DNA of 61,819 bases, filler included, from Rhabdomonas costata (lineage: Eukaryota): the NCBI GenBank assembly GCA_019059605.1. It is 18 parts of 18 records of this genome, joined end to end, with 100 filler letters (N's around TTAATTAATTAA, not from the genome) between each part and the next. Parts side by side here need not be neighbours in the genome. Positions count along the whole stretch, not along the records: positions 10,342 to 13,688 come from JAHMHO010000967.1; positions 13,789 to 17,130 come from JAHMHO010000968.1; positions 17,231 to 20,574 come from JAHMHO010000969.1; positions 20,675 to 24,016 come from JAHMHO010000970.1; 14 more parts are not named here. One strand, 5' to 3'. The notes beneath the pieces are model-generated. The model had not been told where the DNA came from and did not search any database. It saw nothing but the letters and a program-made list of their open reading frames with translations. Positions 10,770 through 22,375 of the stretch are shown in pieces; within the stretch, counting starts at the first letter, position 1; every line of letters starts with the position of its first letter. Both the position numbers and the translations under genes were made by a program.

Positions 10770-13475
10770 GCGAGCCCCTGGGAGCGTAGAATGGAGTCCC
10801 GCTTGGCGGTTACATGGGAGGCTCCCGCAGAGACGTCAAAGGGGTCACCGTGACGAGCCAAGACGGCAGGATCACTCTGCGGAACGCGGTATGCAGTCCA
10901 CTAAGCCACTTCCGAGAAGGGAAAAGGACAAACCCTGAGAGCAATGCAACTCTGTAATTTCAGCAAAAAGGACAAATTCTCTGGCTTGTTGGAGCACAGC
11001 TGTCATTTGAGAAACAAAAGACAAACACACATTTTGGTTTCGCCGTGCGTTTGGTACTCGTCGCCTTTGCTCGGCTGCATTGCAAACGTATTAACAGAAG
11101 GATGGGAAGCAAGATGACCAAGAAGGACAGCTGTACCTGCGGGAGGCCAAACAGGTGCCTGGGGAGGCTGTCCCCCCACAGCGACACTAGCAGGCGAAGC
11201 CGATCCAGAGAGGTGGGCGCACTGCGCATCGTCTCAGCTCGGGCCCAGCTCGTCCGCAGCAGAAGGTACACTGTGGCCGCAACTCGGACCACCACCTGCC
11301 GACACCTGCGCCACGATCGGGGGACGGTTGGGGTCGGAAGGTTCGGGTTCAAAAGACCAGCAAGAAGATCAGCAAGACCAGCAGGTCTTTTGAAAACGTG
11401 TTTGCCCTTTCCGTCGGCTCAAGACTCACGAGCCTCTCGACATGGAGAGATTGCAGCTAGGAGAGCAGAAACATCACAAGCAGTCATCGAAGGTGCATCC
11501 AAAAAGAAATATAATCACAGATGAGTCGATGACCCACTCCCCAAAATCAGTGTCGCGAGGTCCTAAGGTGGTCCGAAGCATGATGTCAGGGGCTATCAGG
11601 TGTTGTTTCGGGACAACCGAGTGAGAAGGCATCCCCGGCCACCGCCTCTGCCCGGAAAGAACACACACACACACACACACATACATGGAGAATGATTCAC
11701 GGGAAGATGAACGGAAGGGGAGGGGGGCATGCGCACCACAGAATGCACAGGTGGTCTGCACTGACGCCAACCCCTTCGGTCTGCAGGGTGGAGGCCTCAA
11801 ACAATGCCGAGCTGCCAGATTTGGGAGCTGCCTTTTGGGCCAGGCGCCGGCTAAGGTGGGGAGCAACCTACAAAGGGAATAAAAGAGACCTTCGCTTCCG
11901 AACCACCCGGTGATGATATCTTGGTGTGGGAGGATTTAGGTGTGAGCGTCGGTGATAGACAGCCGTATAGCCTAAGAGATTCGCCGAAAGCCAAACGGCG
12001 GTCAGCTACACGCGTGAAATCGTCAGCTTCAGAGCTGTCTGAGATCCGAGAACGCGAAAATGCTAGTGCAATGCCTCCCTTTGTGTTGTGTGCGGGATTG
12101 TGAGAGCACCCCACACCCCGCCTCAGCATTTACAGTGCCCCGTTTCCAAAGTGGGTGCTAGGGCACCTCCTGCCTCATTCCCAGCATACCTCACCTGTGC
12201 GTTGAAACAAGTGCGTGCCCACCTCAAAAGAACAACCTGGCTTCGTGGAGTACAGCATATGTAAAAAAAAAACTCACCGCACCACCGTATCTCGGGTGCC
12301 CCCGGTGAGCGCTAGCACAGCGGTGAGGTTGCCGTAGCCCTCAAGCGAGCTTCCCGCTGGGCCGCTGCCACCCACTCGGCGGTACACCTGGGTGACCCCA
12401 CGGTCGAGGACCATGGGAAGCCCCCTCAGAGGGGGGCTCAGGGCCACCACGACCTGTACGGTCTGCAAGGAGTGCGTCGGCAGCAGGCCCGCCACGCGGA
12501 CCACCACTGCCCCCACGGAGTGCGCCACAACCACCACCCCACAACGGCTGCCGCGGCCGGCACTGACACAGTGATGCGCTTGAAGAAGGTGCGCAAGGGA
12601 CAGGTTCAAAAAGACCGCCTTTAGATTTTTTAAAAAGAGATTGTTCATTAAGCCGAAAAAGGAGAGCGACACTCTGCCTAAGACTCTTCAGTTTGAACAT
12701 TCAACACGGCAGTTGACGATAGGAAGGACAGAACGAACGAAAAGGTAACGAATGAAGAGGACGCAAAAAGGACTTCGGCGCAGAACAGAATTTCCCACCC
12801 ACAAACAAAATACGGTGCATAACCTTGAGGATCGATAACGGGTGCCAATCGATGCTCCCGATAGAAAATGCAAACCCACCAACATCAATTCGTTAAGTTC
12901 TGCTGCTGTGTGGTCTTTCTTGGCGGTGTTGGTGTGCTTTACTTCCGGTGCTTTTACGGGTTTGGTGCTGTCGACTGCGTCTCTGGATTTTATTTTGCAT
13001 GATGAGCTCTGCAACATCAATAGTCTCTGCCGTAAAACGCAAAAAGCTGTCAGAAGTGAATTCCCAAAAAGAGAAGAGGTAATCGGAGCCCTACCCTAAA
13101 ACTCTGTAACGCCACGGTGTATGCCGTCACCGAAACGCGCGAAACGTTTTCCTTTACGTCGAACATCCTTCGCCACATACCTGGTCCCAGAGCATCTCCC
13201 AGTGCAGCGCCGTGCGCTCCTCAGCAAAGTCTAGCGCGTACACCGCAAGGGGAGGGGCTTCCCCCCTGCCACCACCGATGCTGCTGAAGCTGCTGTCCGA
13301 ACCCCACCACTGGGGGGCGGTGCGGAGGAGCTCAGAGCCTATCGAGCGAACCTGCCGGAAGTTTCCCCCGTGGCCCGGCACAAACAACACCACATAGGCT
13401 GAAACAGGTGAACCAGGGACCTTCCCTGGAGAGGTCCGCCCCACGGCTTCATCGTGGTAGCGGAAGAGCCGGTAC
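10770..13475 (-). CDS. PGAP1: PGAP1/Bst1-like GPI inositol-deacylase (alpha/beta hydrolase), partial; exons include 13475-13181, ~12565-12283, 11867-11737, 11305-11137
   Basis: YRLFRY..VLFVPGHGGNFRQVRSIGS..YALDFAEE..LWDQ; nucleophile AHSVG; GGTRDTV|VAPHLS (Asp); GVGVSADHLCILW|CRQVV (His). One internal exon and the 3' end are uncertain. Confidence 0.85.
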
Positions 13476-14865
13476 CTAGGTGCCCCCCACAAAACACATC
13501 TGAAACACACAGGAAGAGGGACGCGACGATGCCAATAGTCCATCGAAGGGAACGGGATTTTTACGATGGACGGAATATGCGACTTGACAGTTAATGCGCA
13601 GCGAATACAGTTCTCACAAAGCCATAATAAACGAACTTGTATTGAAAGAAAAATCTTCAAGTGACCCATCGTTCCAAACTTTGATTCANNNNNNNNNNNN
13701 NNNNNNNNNNNNNNNNNNNNNNNNNNNNNNNNTTAATTAATTAANNNNNNNNNNNNNNNNNNNNNNNNNNNNNNNNNNNNNNNNNNNNGGTTTTGTGGGG
13801 ACCTCCCTAACTTAATCTGCCAATTGTTTCGTTTAGTGGGCAATGTCTTGCAAATTTTGGAACCGTAAAAAACAATGCATCAGAATCCCATACTCCAAGA
13901 CGGCAAACTCTGCAACATGGCAGACTCTGGAGATCTCCAGTCGTGCGGCAGGGCAGTGAAGAAATAAACCCGGCTGGAAAAATAGGAGCCACTTCCAACC
14001 CACCAGCGCATAGCACAGGAACCGAACTAGCTTGCACGACCGAAAACGTACCGAGCCCATGTCTCCCAAACCAAGTCAATGTCCGCTTCAGTCTAAGGGC
14101 TCTGCTGTGCTTTCCTGCGCTGCGCTGACCTCGTAATCACAGGGACGGGCGACCCCTGCTACCAAAACCTAAATGAATTACCCCCACACTTCTCCAAAGG
14201 TGCAACCACCACTCTGCTCCACCGGATGCTTTTCTTCCCCAGCTTACCCCCATTCTGGACTCTTCCTACCGCCAAAAATCATTCTGAAGCCACACAGCAC
14301 CAGCAAAGTGTGTGGAAGAAGCCGTTCGACTGGTAAAAAGGGGAAAGGAAAGACAGGGAGCGGCAATCGGCATGGAGGCAAGGAACCGCAGCTCGCTCTT
14401 CCCATCGGTTGGTATATATGGTTGGTATATATGGGAATGGTCAGGTAGGTACCTTCAGGTACCTTCCGTCAAAAAAGCGGGAGGGAAAAAGAGATGAGGA
14501 TGGACCAATACCGGAAGCTCACACTGAGGGGTAGAGAGGGCACCATCAGATGGCCGGAGCCACTTCGTCGCAAAACACGCCCTGGATTGGCTCCAGCAAA
14601 GACTGGAGAGCTTGTGCCAGACGGCCTCCGTGTCAGAACAGTGGGCACAGGCAGCGAAGGAGACCAAAAAGAAAGAGATACAACGAAAAAACAGGGCGAG
14701 GGTCAGAGGCCTCCTTGAGATTGACGAGTAGGTCTGGTGGAAAGGAAAAAAGGAAGGGAAAGGCAGAGGGGCTGAGGCTGTGTGTGTGTGGTAGCGCAGA
14801 GAGGACAGAGTTGGACACGAAAGGGACATCGAATGAGCTGAAGCGTGACTCGTGTGTTACGGCGC

Positions 14866-16575
14866 TCAAGCGATGTGCAGGATGGGGGCCTGCTCCGTCG
14901 CCGCAGAGACCAGTGCGCGGCGCAGCGCGGAGGTGGGGCGGAGCAGGCGCTCCCGAAGGGCGTGGCAGGTGTGGGCGGCGTCTAGGTCTAAGAAAGCACA
15001 AGCGAATCTGAGGGCGACACGGAGAAAGAGTAATGATGGGAAGGAGATAGATTAGTGTGTGAGAGCAGGCTTGTGTTTTCTTATCGTTCCGAAGGGCCTC
15101 CCACCACCCGCCGATGAGCTCCCACGTTGGCACTTCACATGCAAACTCATCCACCGCACCGAAACTTAGTTTCCCCGATCCACCAGCGCCCTTCGACTAC
15201 TCGGGTCTTTGTGTATTGTGTGCTGGTTCACATGAAGTTGCTAATTTTCTGAATGGCAACAGCTTTTTTGTCTGAAGCACATTTCTTTCAGTGAGTAAAC
15301 CAAAAAAGAAAAAAGATCGGAAAAGCCAGTGTGCTACCGGCGCAGCTCACCACAAGGGCGGGGCACTTCAGAGCGACCTTCGCGACCCCCAAGACCGCCC
15401 CAACAATGGCAGAGACCTTCTCCTGCAAGAGCTTTGCAATGAAACAAGCAACCACAGTACGCACGCAAGCACGTTCCCTCAGGCACGTTGGCATTGCGAC
15501 CACCGATGTTCACCCACGAAAGTTCGGGAATGAAGTCGAAAATACACCCAAAGCTGCACAGCAGACACTACTCTCACAACATGCAGGCACGAGACACCGG
15601 TTCGTACATCAATCAACACAGCCCCGCAATTAAACAGACACCCCAAGCGCCCTGGGGGCTGTTCGCGAGCGTATGCGCCACACCAATGATGCAGACACCG
15701 CGCTCATATGCTTCCCACAAGGGCAGTAGAGCGGTAGGGAACAACCAAGTTCCAATAGTTTAGCTCCCAATCAGTCAGCGCTATGGTTTTAACACACAGA
15801 CTTCGTGCAACTAGAGGAGGGAAAGTGGTTGCGATAAGCCCACGATGGGACATCGACCCAACTGCCCTAACCTGATTTAGGACAGCCCCTTCCGCACTTC
15901 AATGTGCAATCAATCTCAATGTCACGCAGGGTAGGCAATCCCCACGTCACCCATTATCCAAAGTGTACGTGTACGCGGCGCGCATACGAAAACCCGACCG
16001 GCGCGTCTTTCTTGCGTTACCTTACAACCTTCCCCACTCCAACACTTCATCTTGGGAAACCATGCCCTCCTTCTGTTCAACGCCGATGTGGTGCTCCATG
16101 CCTTCGGCACCGGCACCGGGCGACGCGGACCGCAAGACCCAACTTCCAAAACCACTTCCGCACTTCCGTACTTTCGGAAGTGACCTCCAGAAAAGACACC
16201 CCGATCGGTCGACCTCACGTTAGGCATGAGCTAACCGCGAAGCACATACGGAGGACTGTACGCTGACATTTGTTCTTGTTTTTCTGTGTTGCGCGATCAA
16301 TGCTGGCCGGTCACAGTCCTTCACCTCGATGGCTCACACTTCACTGAGCATAGAAAACTACCGTTACAACATTGCCACACTGCAGCACCACAGCACCGTG
16401 AAAAAGAGTAATGCAACGTTGATGGATGCAAACCCCAAATGCTATTTGCCTGCCGCCATTCCCGAAGGTGGGGGTCACAGAGTAGACGGGATGCGACCGT
16501 TCAGTCCCTACGCAATGTACGAGGCAACCCCGAAAAAGATGAGCACCAATATACATACCGCAGAGCAAATCTTCG
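14866..16575 (-). CDS. Scattered exons of an unidentified gene
   Basis: Several GC-rich segments have AG/GT borders, e.g. VELPSKICSA, EKVSAIVGAVLGVAKVALKCPALV and a terminal FACAFLDLDAAHTCHALRERLL...HIA*. No motif recognised and phases are not fully resolved. Confidence 0.2.
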
Positions 16576-17230
16576 AGGGAAGCTCAACCTGCGAGAAACG
16601 CAAAGCCTAACCACCACCATAATAACTTGTTGGAGGCAACCGCTTTTTGTACAAGTCGACGATCAAGGAAGCGGATCCCTGGTCGAAAGTTTTGGTGTGA
16701 AGATGCACTCAATTGCGCCAAAAAGGAAAGACATTGTTAGTGTGGTGCGCAAATGGAATTCGCAGTTGAAGAAAATTACCTAAAGGTGCAACATCAGAAG
16801 TAACATCGGCATGCAACGACAGCCCTCGGCAGGTTCTTGTACATCTCTTCTTTTTTCCAAATGTTGTCTTTCAAGCACAAGGGTTTTGGTGACCGGTGCG
16901 GGTACCTTAAAAATTCAATAAACCCCTCAAAGTATAAAAATATGACACTTCAACGCAAAATAGCGGGGGTTGAGTGGGTGGTGGGTAGCCATAGAAAGAA
17001 ATAGATCATTTCACGGCGTCTGTCTCCGATCCGCTCCGTGGCCTAAGATCCCAGGAGTACAGCATTTAATGCTCGGCAGGTTTTAATTTGCAATTTTTTT
17101 ATGGCTGTGAGCGAATACCACCCACTCAACNNNNNNNNNNNNNNNNNNNNNNNNNNNNNNNNNNNNNNNNNNNNTTAATTAATTAANNNNNNNNNNNNNN
17201 NNNNNNNNNNNNNNNNNNNNNNNNNNNNNN

Positions 17231-20200
17231 CCGTCCGACAGACTGGGGCGGCGATGCTCAGCTCGTTCAGCGTGCAGCAGTCCCACGACTTTGCCCTGAT
17301 CTCCCACATCGCCACCCTGAGGTGCAGCCTGCCCTTCATTCACTTCATGGATGGATTCCGTACCTCTCACGAAGTGAACAAGATCCTGCTGCTCCCCTAC
17401 GAGGAAATCCGCAAGCTGGTGCCCGACGAGGCCGTGCAGCTGCACCGCGCCCGCGCCCTGAACCCGATGCACCCCACCCTGCGTGGGTCGAACCAGGGCC
17501 CCGACGTGTTCTTCCAGAACCAGGAGCGCGCCAACCCGTTCTACACCGACGTGGTGAAGATCGTTCAGGAGACGATGGACCAGGTCGCCAAGCACACCGG
17601 GCGCTCGTACAAGCTGTACGAGTACTTCGGTGCCCCGGATGCTGAGAACGTCCTTGTGCTGATGGGCTCTGCCTCGACGGCTGCCATGGAGGCCTGCGAT
17701 TGGCTGATGAAGAACAAGAAAGAGAAGGTTGGCGTGGTGATGATCCACCTGTACCGACCGTTCGCTCAGGAGGAGTTCCTCAAGGTTTTCCCGAAGACGG
17801 TGAAGAGGGTCTCGGTGCTGGACCGGTATGCAGCGCTTTTACTTCGGCACTACTGCTCTTTTCATTGCTCCAAGGTGCTGTTCAGCTTAGATTTCAAGTC
17901 TCAGCTTAAGTGTTTGATTTTCATCAGATGCAAGGAGATCACCTCTCAGGGTGAACCCCTGTTCGTGGACACCGTGACCGCCTTCGCGCGGGGGAACCGC
18001 AAGGTTGACATTGTTGGCGGGCGGTATGGTCTGGGCTCCAAGGATGTCACCCCGGAGCTGATGATGGCCGCCTTCACCAACCTGCGCCAGGCTCAGCCCA
18101 AGACTAACTTCACCCTCGGGATCCGTGATGACCTCACCAACACCTCGCTTCCTTACTGGGAGGAGCCCCGCATTGACACCGTGCCCCCCGGCACTGTGCA
18201 GTGCGTCTTCTGGGGAATCGGGTCTGACGGTACTGTGGGTGCCAACCGCTCTGCGATTAAGATTATCGGAGACAAGACGGACAGGATGTCCCAGGCCTAC
18301 TTCTCCTTTGATGCCTTCAAGTCCGGTGGTGTGACCCAGTCCCACTTGCGCTTTGGTCCGACCGCCATTACCTCTCAGTACCTGGTGACCAATGCGGACT
18401 ACCTGGCCTGCCACTTCTCGGAGTACGCCAAGCGCTTCCGCCTGGCGGACAACATCCGCATGGGAGGCACGTTCGTTCTCAACTCCAGGTACGACACCGT
18501 GGAGGACTGGAACCGCGAGATCCCCGCTGCGCTGCGCAAGAAGCTGGCCCAGATGAAGGCCAAGGTGTACAACATCGACGCCCGAAAGATCTGCAACGAC
18601 GCTGGCCTGGGCAAGCGTATCAACATGGTGATGCAGACCGTGTTCTTCAAGCTGTCCAACGTGATTCCCATCAAGGATGCTGTGCACTACCTGAAGGAGT
18701 CCGTTAGGGAGGAGTACGGGAAGAAGGGTGACAAGGTCGTGGAGATGAACCAGTCCGTGATCGACGTGGTGGTGTCCGGGGATGCCCTGAAGGAGATCAA
18801 GTATCCCGAGTCGTGGGCCACCCTCGCCGACGACCCCCCGCTGCCCTCCACTGGCAATGACTTCGTGGACAAGGTGATGCGCCCGATGGTGTGTTGCAGC
18901 TTTTGCTTCCTCCCTCCCTCCGCCCTCGCAAAACATTCCATGGAAGCCGTGCCCTCACCTGTGCCTGTCCGTGTGCTCCTCAGATGCTGTTCCGTGGCAA
19001 TGACCTGCCCACCAGCGTGATTCTTCCCGGTGGCCAGTACCCCGTCGCGACCACCCAGTACGCCAAGCGTGCCATCGCCGCCACGGTGCCTTTGTGGAAG
19101 GCCAACAACTGCACCCAGTGCAACTACTGCAGCTTCACCTGCCCTCACGCCGTGATCCGTCCGTTCGTGCTGAACGACCAGGAGCTTGCGAAGGCCCCGA
19201 AGACCTTCGAGACCCGCAAGGCCAAGGGAGACTACGCTGGGATGAACTACCGCATCCAGATCGCCCCTCTGGACTGCACCGGGTGCGAGGTGTGCGTGCA
19301 CTCCTGCCCCGATGACGCCCTGGAGATGATCGACGTTGAGAAGTCTCTTGCCAACGGTGACAATGAGAACTGGGACTTCGCCTGCTCTCTGCCCGAGCGC
19401 GGGTTCATGACCGACCGCAACTCCGTGAAGGGCTCGCAGTTCCAGCGCCCCCTCCTGGAGTTCTCCGGAGCCTGCGAGGGCTGCGGGGAGACCCCGTACG
19501 TGAAGCTGCTGACTCAGCTGTTTGGGGAGCGTATGATCATTGCCAACGCCACGGGGTGCTCCTCCATCTGGGGTGGTACCGCCAGCTTTACCCCCTACGC
19601 CACGAACCAGAAGGGCCATGGTCCCGCCTGGGGCAACAGCCTGTTCGAGGACAATGCCGAGTATGGCTTTGGCATGGCCGTGGCCACGGCGCAGCGCCGT
19701 GGAAAGCTCGCTAGCCTGGCCGAGGCGGCCGTGGAGAAGAAGGTCGGCGACGCCAACCTGCAGAAGCTGCTGGGGCAGTGGCTGCGAGACCGCACCAACG
19801 GCGACAAGTGCGCAAAGTACACCGAGCAGCTCATCGAGGCCCTGGAGGCGCAGCGCAAGGCGGACCCCCTGATTGCCCAGATGGCCGACCTGAAGGACCA
19901 GCTGCCCAACATCTCCCAGTGGATCATCGGTGGTGATGGCTGGGCCAACGACATTGGGTATGGTGGCCTGGACCACGTGCTGGCCTCTGCGCAGAACCTG
20001 AACGTGCTGGTGCTGGACACTGAGATGTACAGCAACACGGGTGGGCAGATGTCGAAGTCCTCGCATCTGGCCTCCGTGTCGAAGTTCGCGCTGGGCGGCA
20101 AGAAGACGGTGAAGAAGGCCCTGGGGGAGATGGCGATGTCGTACGGCAACGTCTACGTGGCCTCCATCTCCCTGGGGAACATGGCGCACTGCGTGAAGGC

Positions 20201-20500
20201 CATGCTGGAGGCCGAGTCCTACGAGGGACCCTCGCTGCTGCTCGCCTATGCCCCGTGCATCGAGCAGGGCCTGCGCGCCGGTATGGCGAAGATGGTTCAG
20301 GAGTGCGAGGCAGCGATCGACTGCGGGTACTGGCCTCTGTACCGCTACGACCCCAGGCTGGAGGACCAGGGCAAGAACCCCTTCCAGCTGGACTCCAAGC
20401 GCCTGAAGACCGAGGTGCTGGACTTCCTGAAGAAGGAGAACCGCTTCATCAACCTGGACAAGAACAACCCCAAGCAGGCCCCGATGCTGAAGAAGAAGCT
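17231..20500 (+). CDS. PNO: Pyruvate:ferredoxin oxidoreductase (PFO) moiety, probably pyruvate:NADP+ oxidoreductase; both ends truncated; introns 17826-17927 and 18889-18983
   Basis: PFO motifs HFMDGFRTSHE, GGRYGLGSKD, FWGIGSDGTVGAN, two 4Fe-4S motifs (CTQCNYCSFTCP, CTGCEVCVHSCP), EFSGACEGCGETPY and the TPP motif GGDGW..DIG..YSNTGGQ. Strong GC3 codon bias. From memory it closely resembles Euglena gracilis PNO; the CPR fusion is not visible here. Confidence 0.95.
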
Positions 20501-20567
20501 TTCGGGGCCTGCTTGGGGTTGTTCTTGTCCAGGTTGATGAAGCGGTTCTCCTTCTTCAGGAAGTCCA
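20419..20567. repeat. Perfect 66-bp inverted duplication at the contig end (amplification chimera)
   Basis: 20502-20567 is the reverse complement of 20419-20484 and directly precedes the contig end. It truncates the PFO reading frame. Confidence 0.9.
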
Positions 20568-20962
20568 CCACCACNNNNNNNNNNNNNNNNNNNNNNNNNN
20601 NNNNNNNNNNNNNNNNNNTTAATTAATTAANNNNNNNNNNNNNNNNNNNNNNNNNNNNNNNNNNNNNNNNNNNNGTTGTTGGGGATTAATGAGCACAGCA
20701 AGAGCCGGTCCCGCTATGACGGATAGTGAGAGCCTGACGGAATGGAGGGAGAAGGAGGAGAGGAGCAACTTTTCTCAGCAAGACCGATATATAAAGAGAA
20801 GCAGTGTAAGCGGTCCCCGTACGAGCTTTCACTTCCTTTGCTTTTTTCCTTGCAGTGAGCTGAGCAAATCTGCGCTGTTATCATGCTGGTGGCCTTGGAT
20901 AAAAAAAGCAAGGGACTCACACCAAACCTCCATTCTGGGTGGTGGTGATGATCTGATGGTCT

Positions 20963-22307
20963 TTAGTGGCGACCTCCTCGCTTTCCCTTTCCCATGTACG
21001 CCGTGGTTACGAACTGCGGCACCATCTGCATCACCATCGTGGGCACCATCTGGTGAAGATGCGCACACACACGCAAATCAGCAGCTGGTCATGCCCAGCA
21101 CTCCCGTGGTGGGGGAAAAGGAGAACAACCGGACACAGAAACAAGGGTTCCCTTTCCCAAATCCGGCTCCTCGAGATCGAGGGTGGGCAGCAAGGTTGTA
21201 GAATTAAAATTGTAGAATTAATGGTTCTGGGGAGAGGGCAATGCCGACCCAGGTCCGGGAGGTGGGTTTTTGTGCATGGATGCCGTCCATAAACCCTCCG
21301 CTGCCGTGGGGAAAGAAGTGGCACAAGAGAAAAAAAAGAAAGGAAGGAGCTGCCAAGGGACACGCGTGAGTACCGGCCTGAGGGTGCACAGATCGCTGCG
21401 GGGTCGTTTCGGGAGGCCCACTGTTCACGGAAAGGCGCCACTATGCCCTGGACAGGAGGCCCATGCAAAATAATTGTTCATTTTGATGGGTAGATTGTTT
21501 TTTCGGGAGAGGAATTTGCTTTTTTTTTTCGGGAGTGGAATGTTCTGCAATAGGAAAGCTATAATCTTGACTACCATCATTGACGCAGAAGGGTCCATCA
21601 TGTAGTCCCTGCTGACCGAGGCCGACGGGTCCATCATATAACCCCTGCTGACCGAGGCCGACGGATCCATCGCGTAGCCCCTGCTGACCGAGGCCGACGG
21701 ATCCATCGCGTAGCCCCTGCTGACCGAGGCCGAAGGGTCCATCGCGTAGCCCCTGTTCGTCGAGGCCGAAGGGTCCATCACGTAGCCCCTGTTCACCGAG
21801 GCCGACGAGTCCATCATGTACCCCCTGCTCACGGAGGTGGAGGGGTCCATCATGTACCCCCTGCTCACGGTGGCGGAGGGGTCCATCCCCATGAAGTTCC
21901 GCGCGACGGAGGCCGAGACGTCCACAACAAACGACATCGAGGCAGAAGGATTCCCGAGGTTCCCCACGGTCACCCCAAAGCGGTGAGTGGTTGGCGCGGT
22001 GGCCTGCACACCAGGCAACGAAGGTGGGTGAAGGAGAGCCGCGAAGTGAGAGATGTGTGGAATACTCTTCAGAAGAAGAAGAAGAAGAAGCAGAAGACAT
22101 TAGGTAGAGCTCTGCATTAATATGGGGCAAGGTACCGATGTGCAGTAAGTGCCTGCGACTGTGCTGCTAGACCTGTTGCGGTGCGTTGCCCCCATGCACA
22201 GTGTGCTTTTGGCACCCTCCAGCACTGTGATGAGCCGGTAGCCCCACAGCGGTCTGGATGGTGGAGCGATTAACGGCGGGTCACCAGCGGCCAGCTAGTT
22301 ACATTGC

Positions 22308-22375
<68 letters not shown>

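Noticed and set aside
4441-13475. Apparent glycosylation/GPI gene cluster (GT15, LicD, PGAP1)
   Set aside because: The genes are on separate contigs ordered by length, so there is no evidence of real linkage.
17887-20189. Long antisense ORFs (349 and 500 aa) opposite PFO
   Set aside because: These are shadow ORFs caused by strong GC3 codon bias.
20419-20567. Long hairpin as a biological terminator or siRNA source
   Set aside because: It is a perfect inversion of coding sequence at a contig end in amplified DNA, typical of a template-switch chimera.
21581-21890. 36-bp repeats as a CRISPR array
   Set aside because: The repeats are head-to-tail with no unique spacers, lie in a spliced eukaryotic exon, and have no cas genes nearby.
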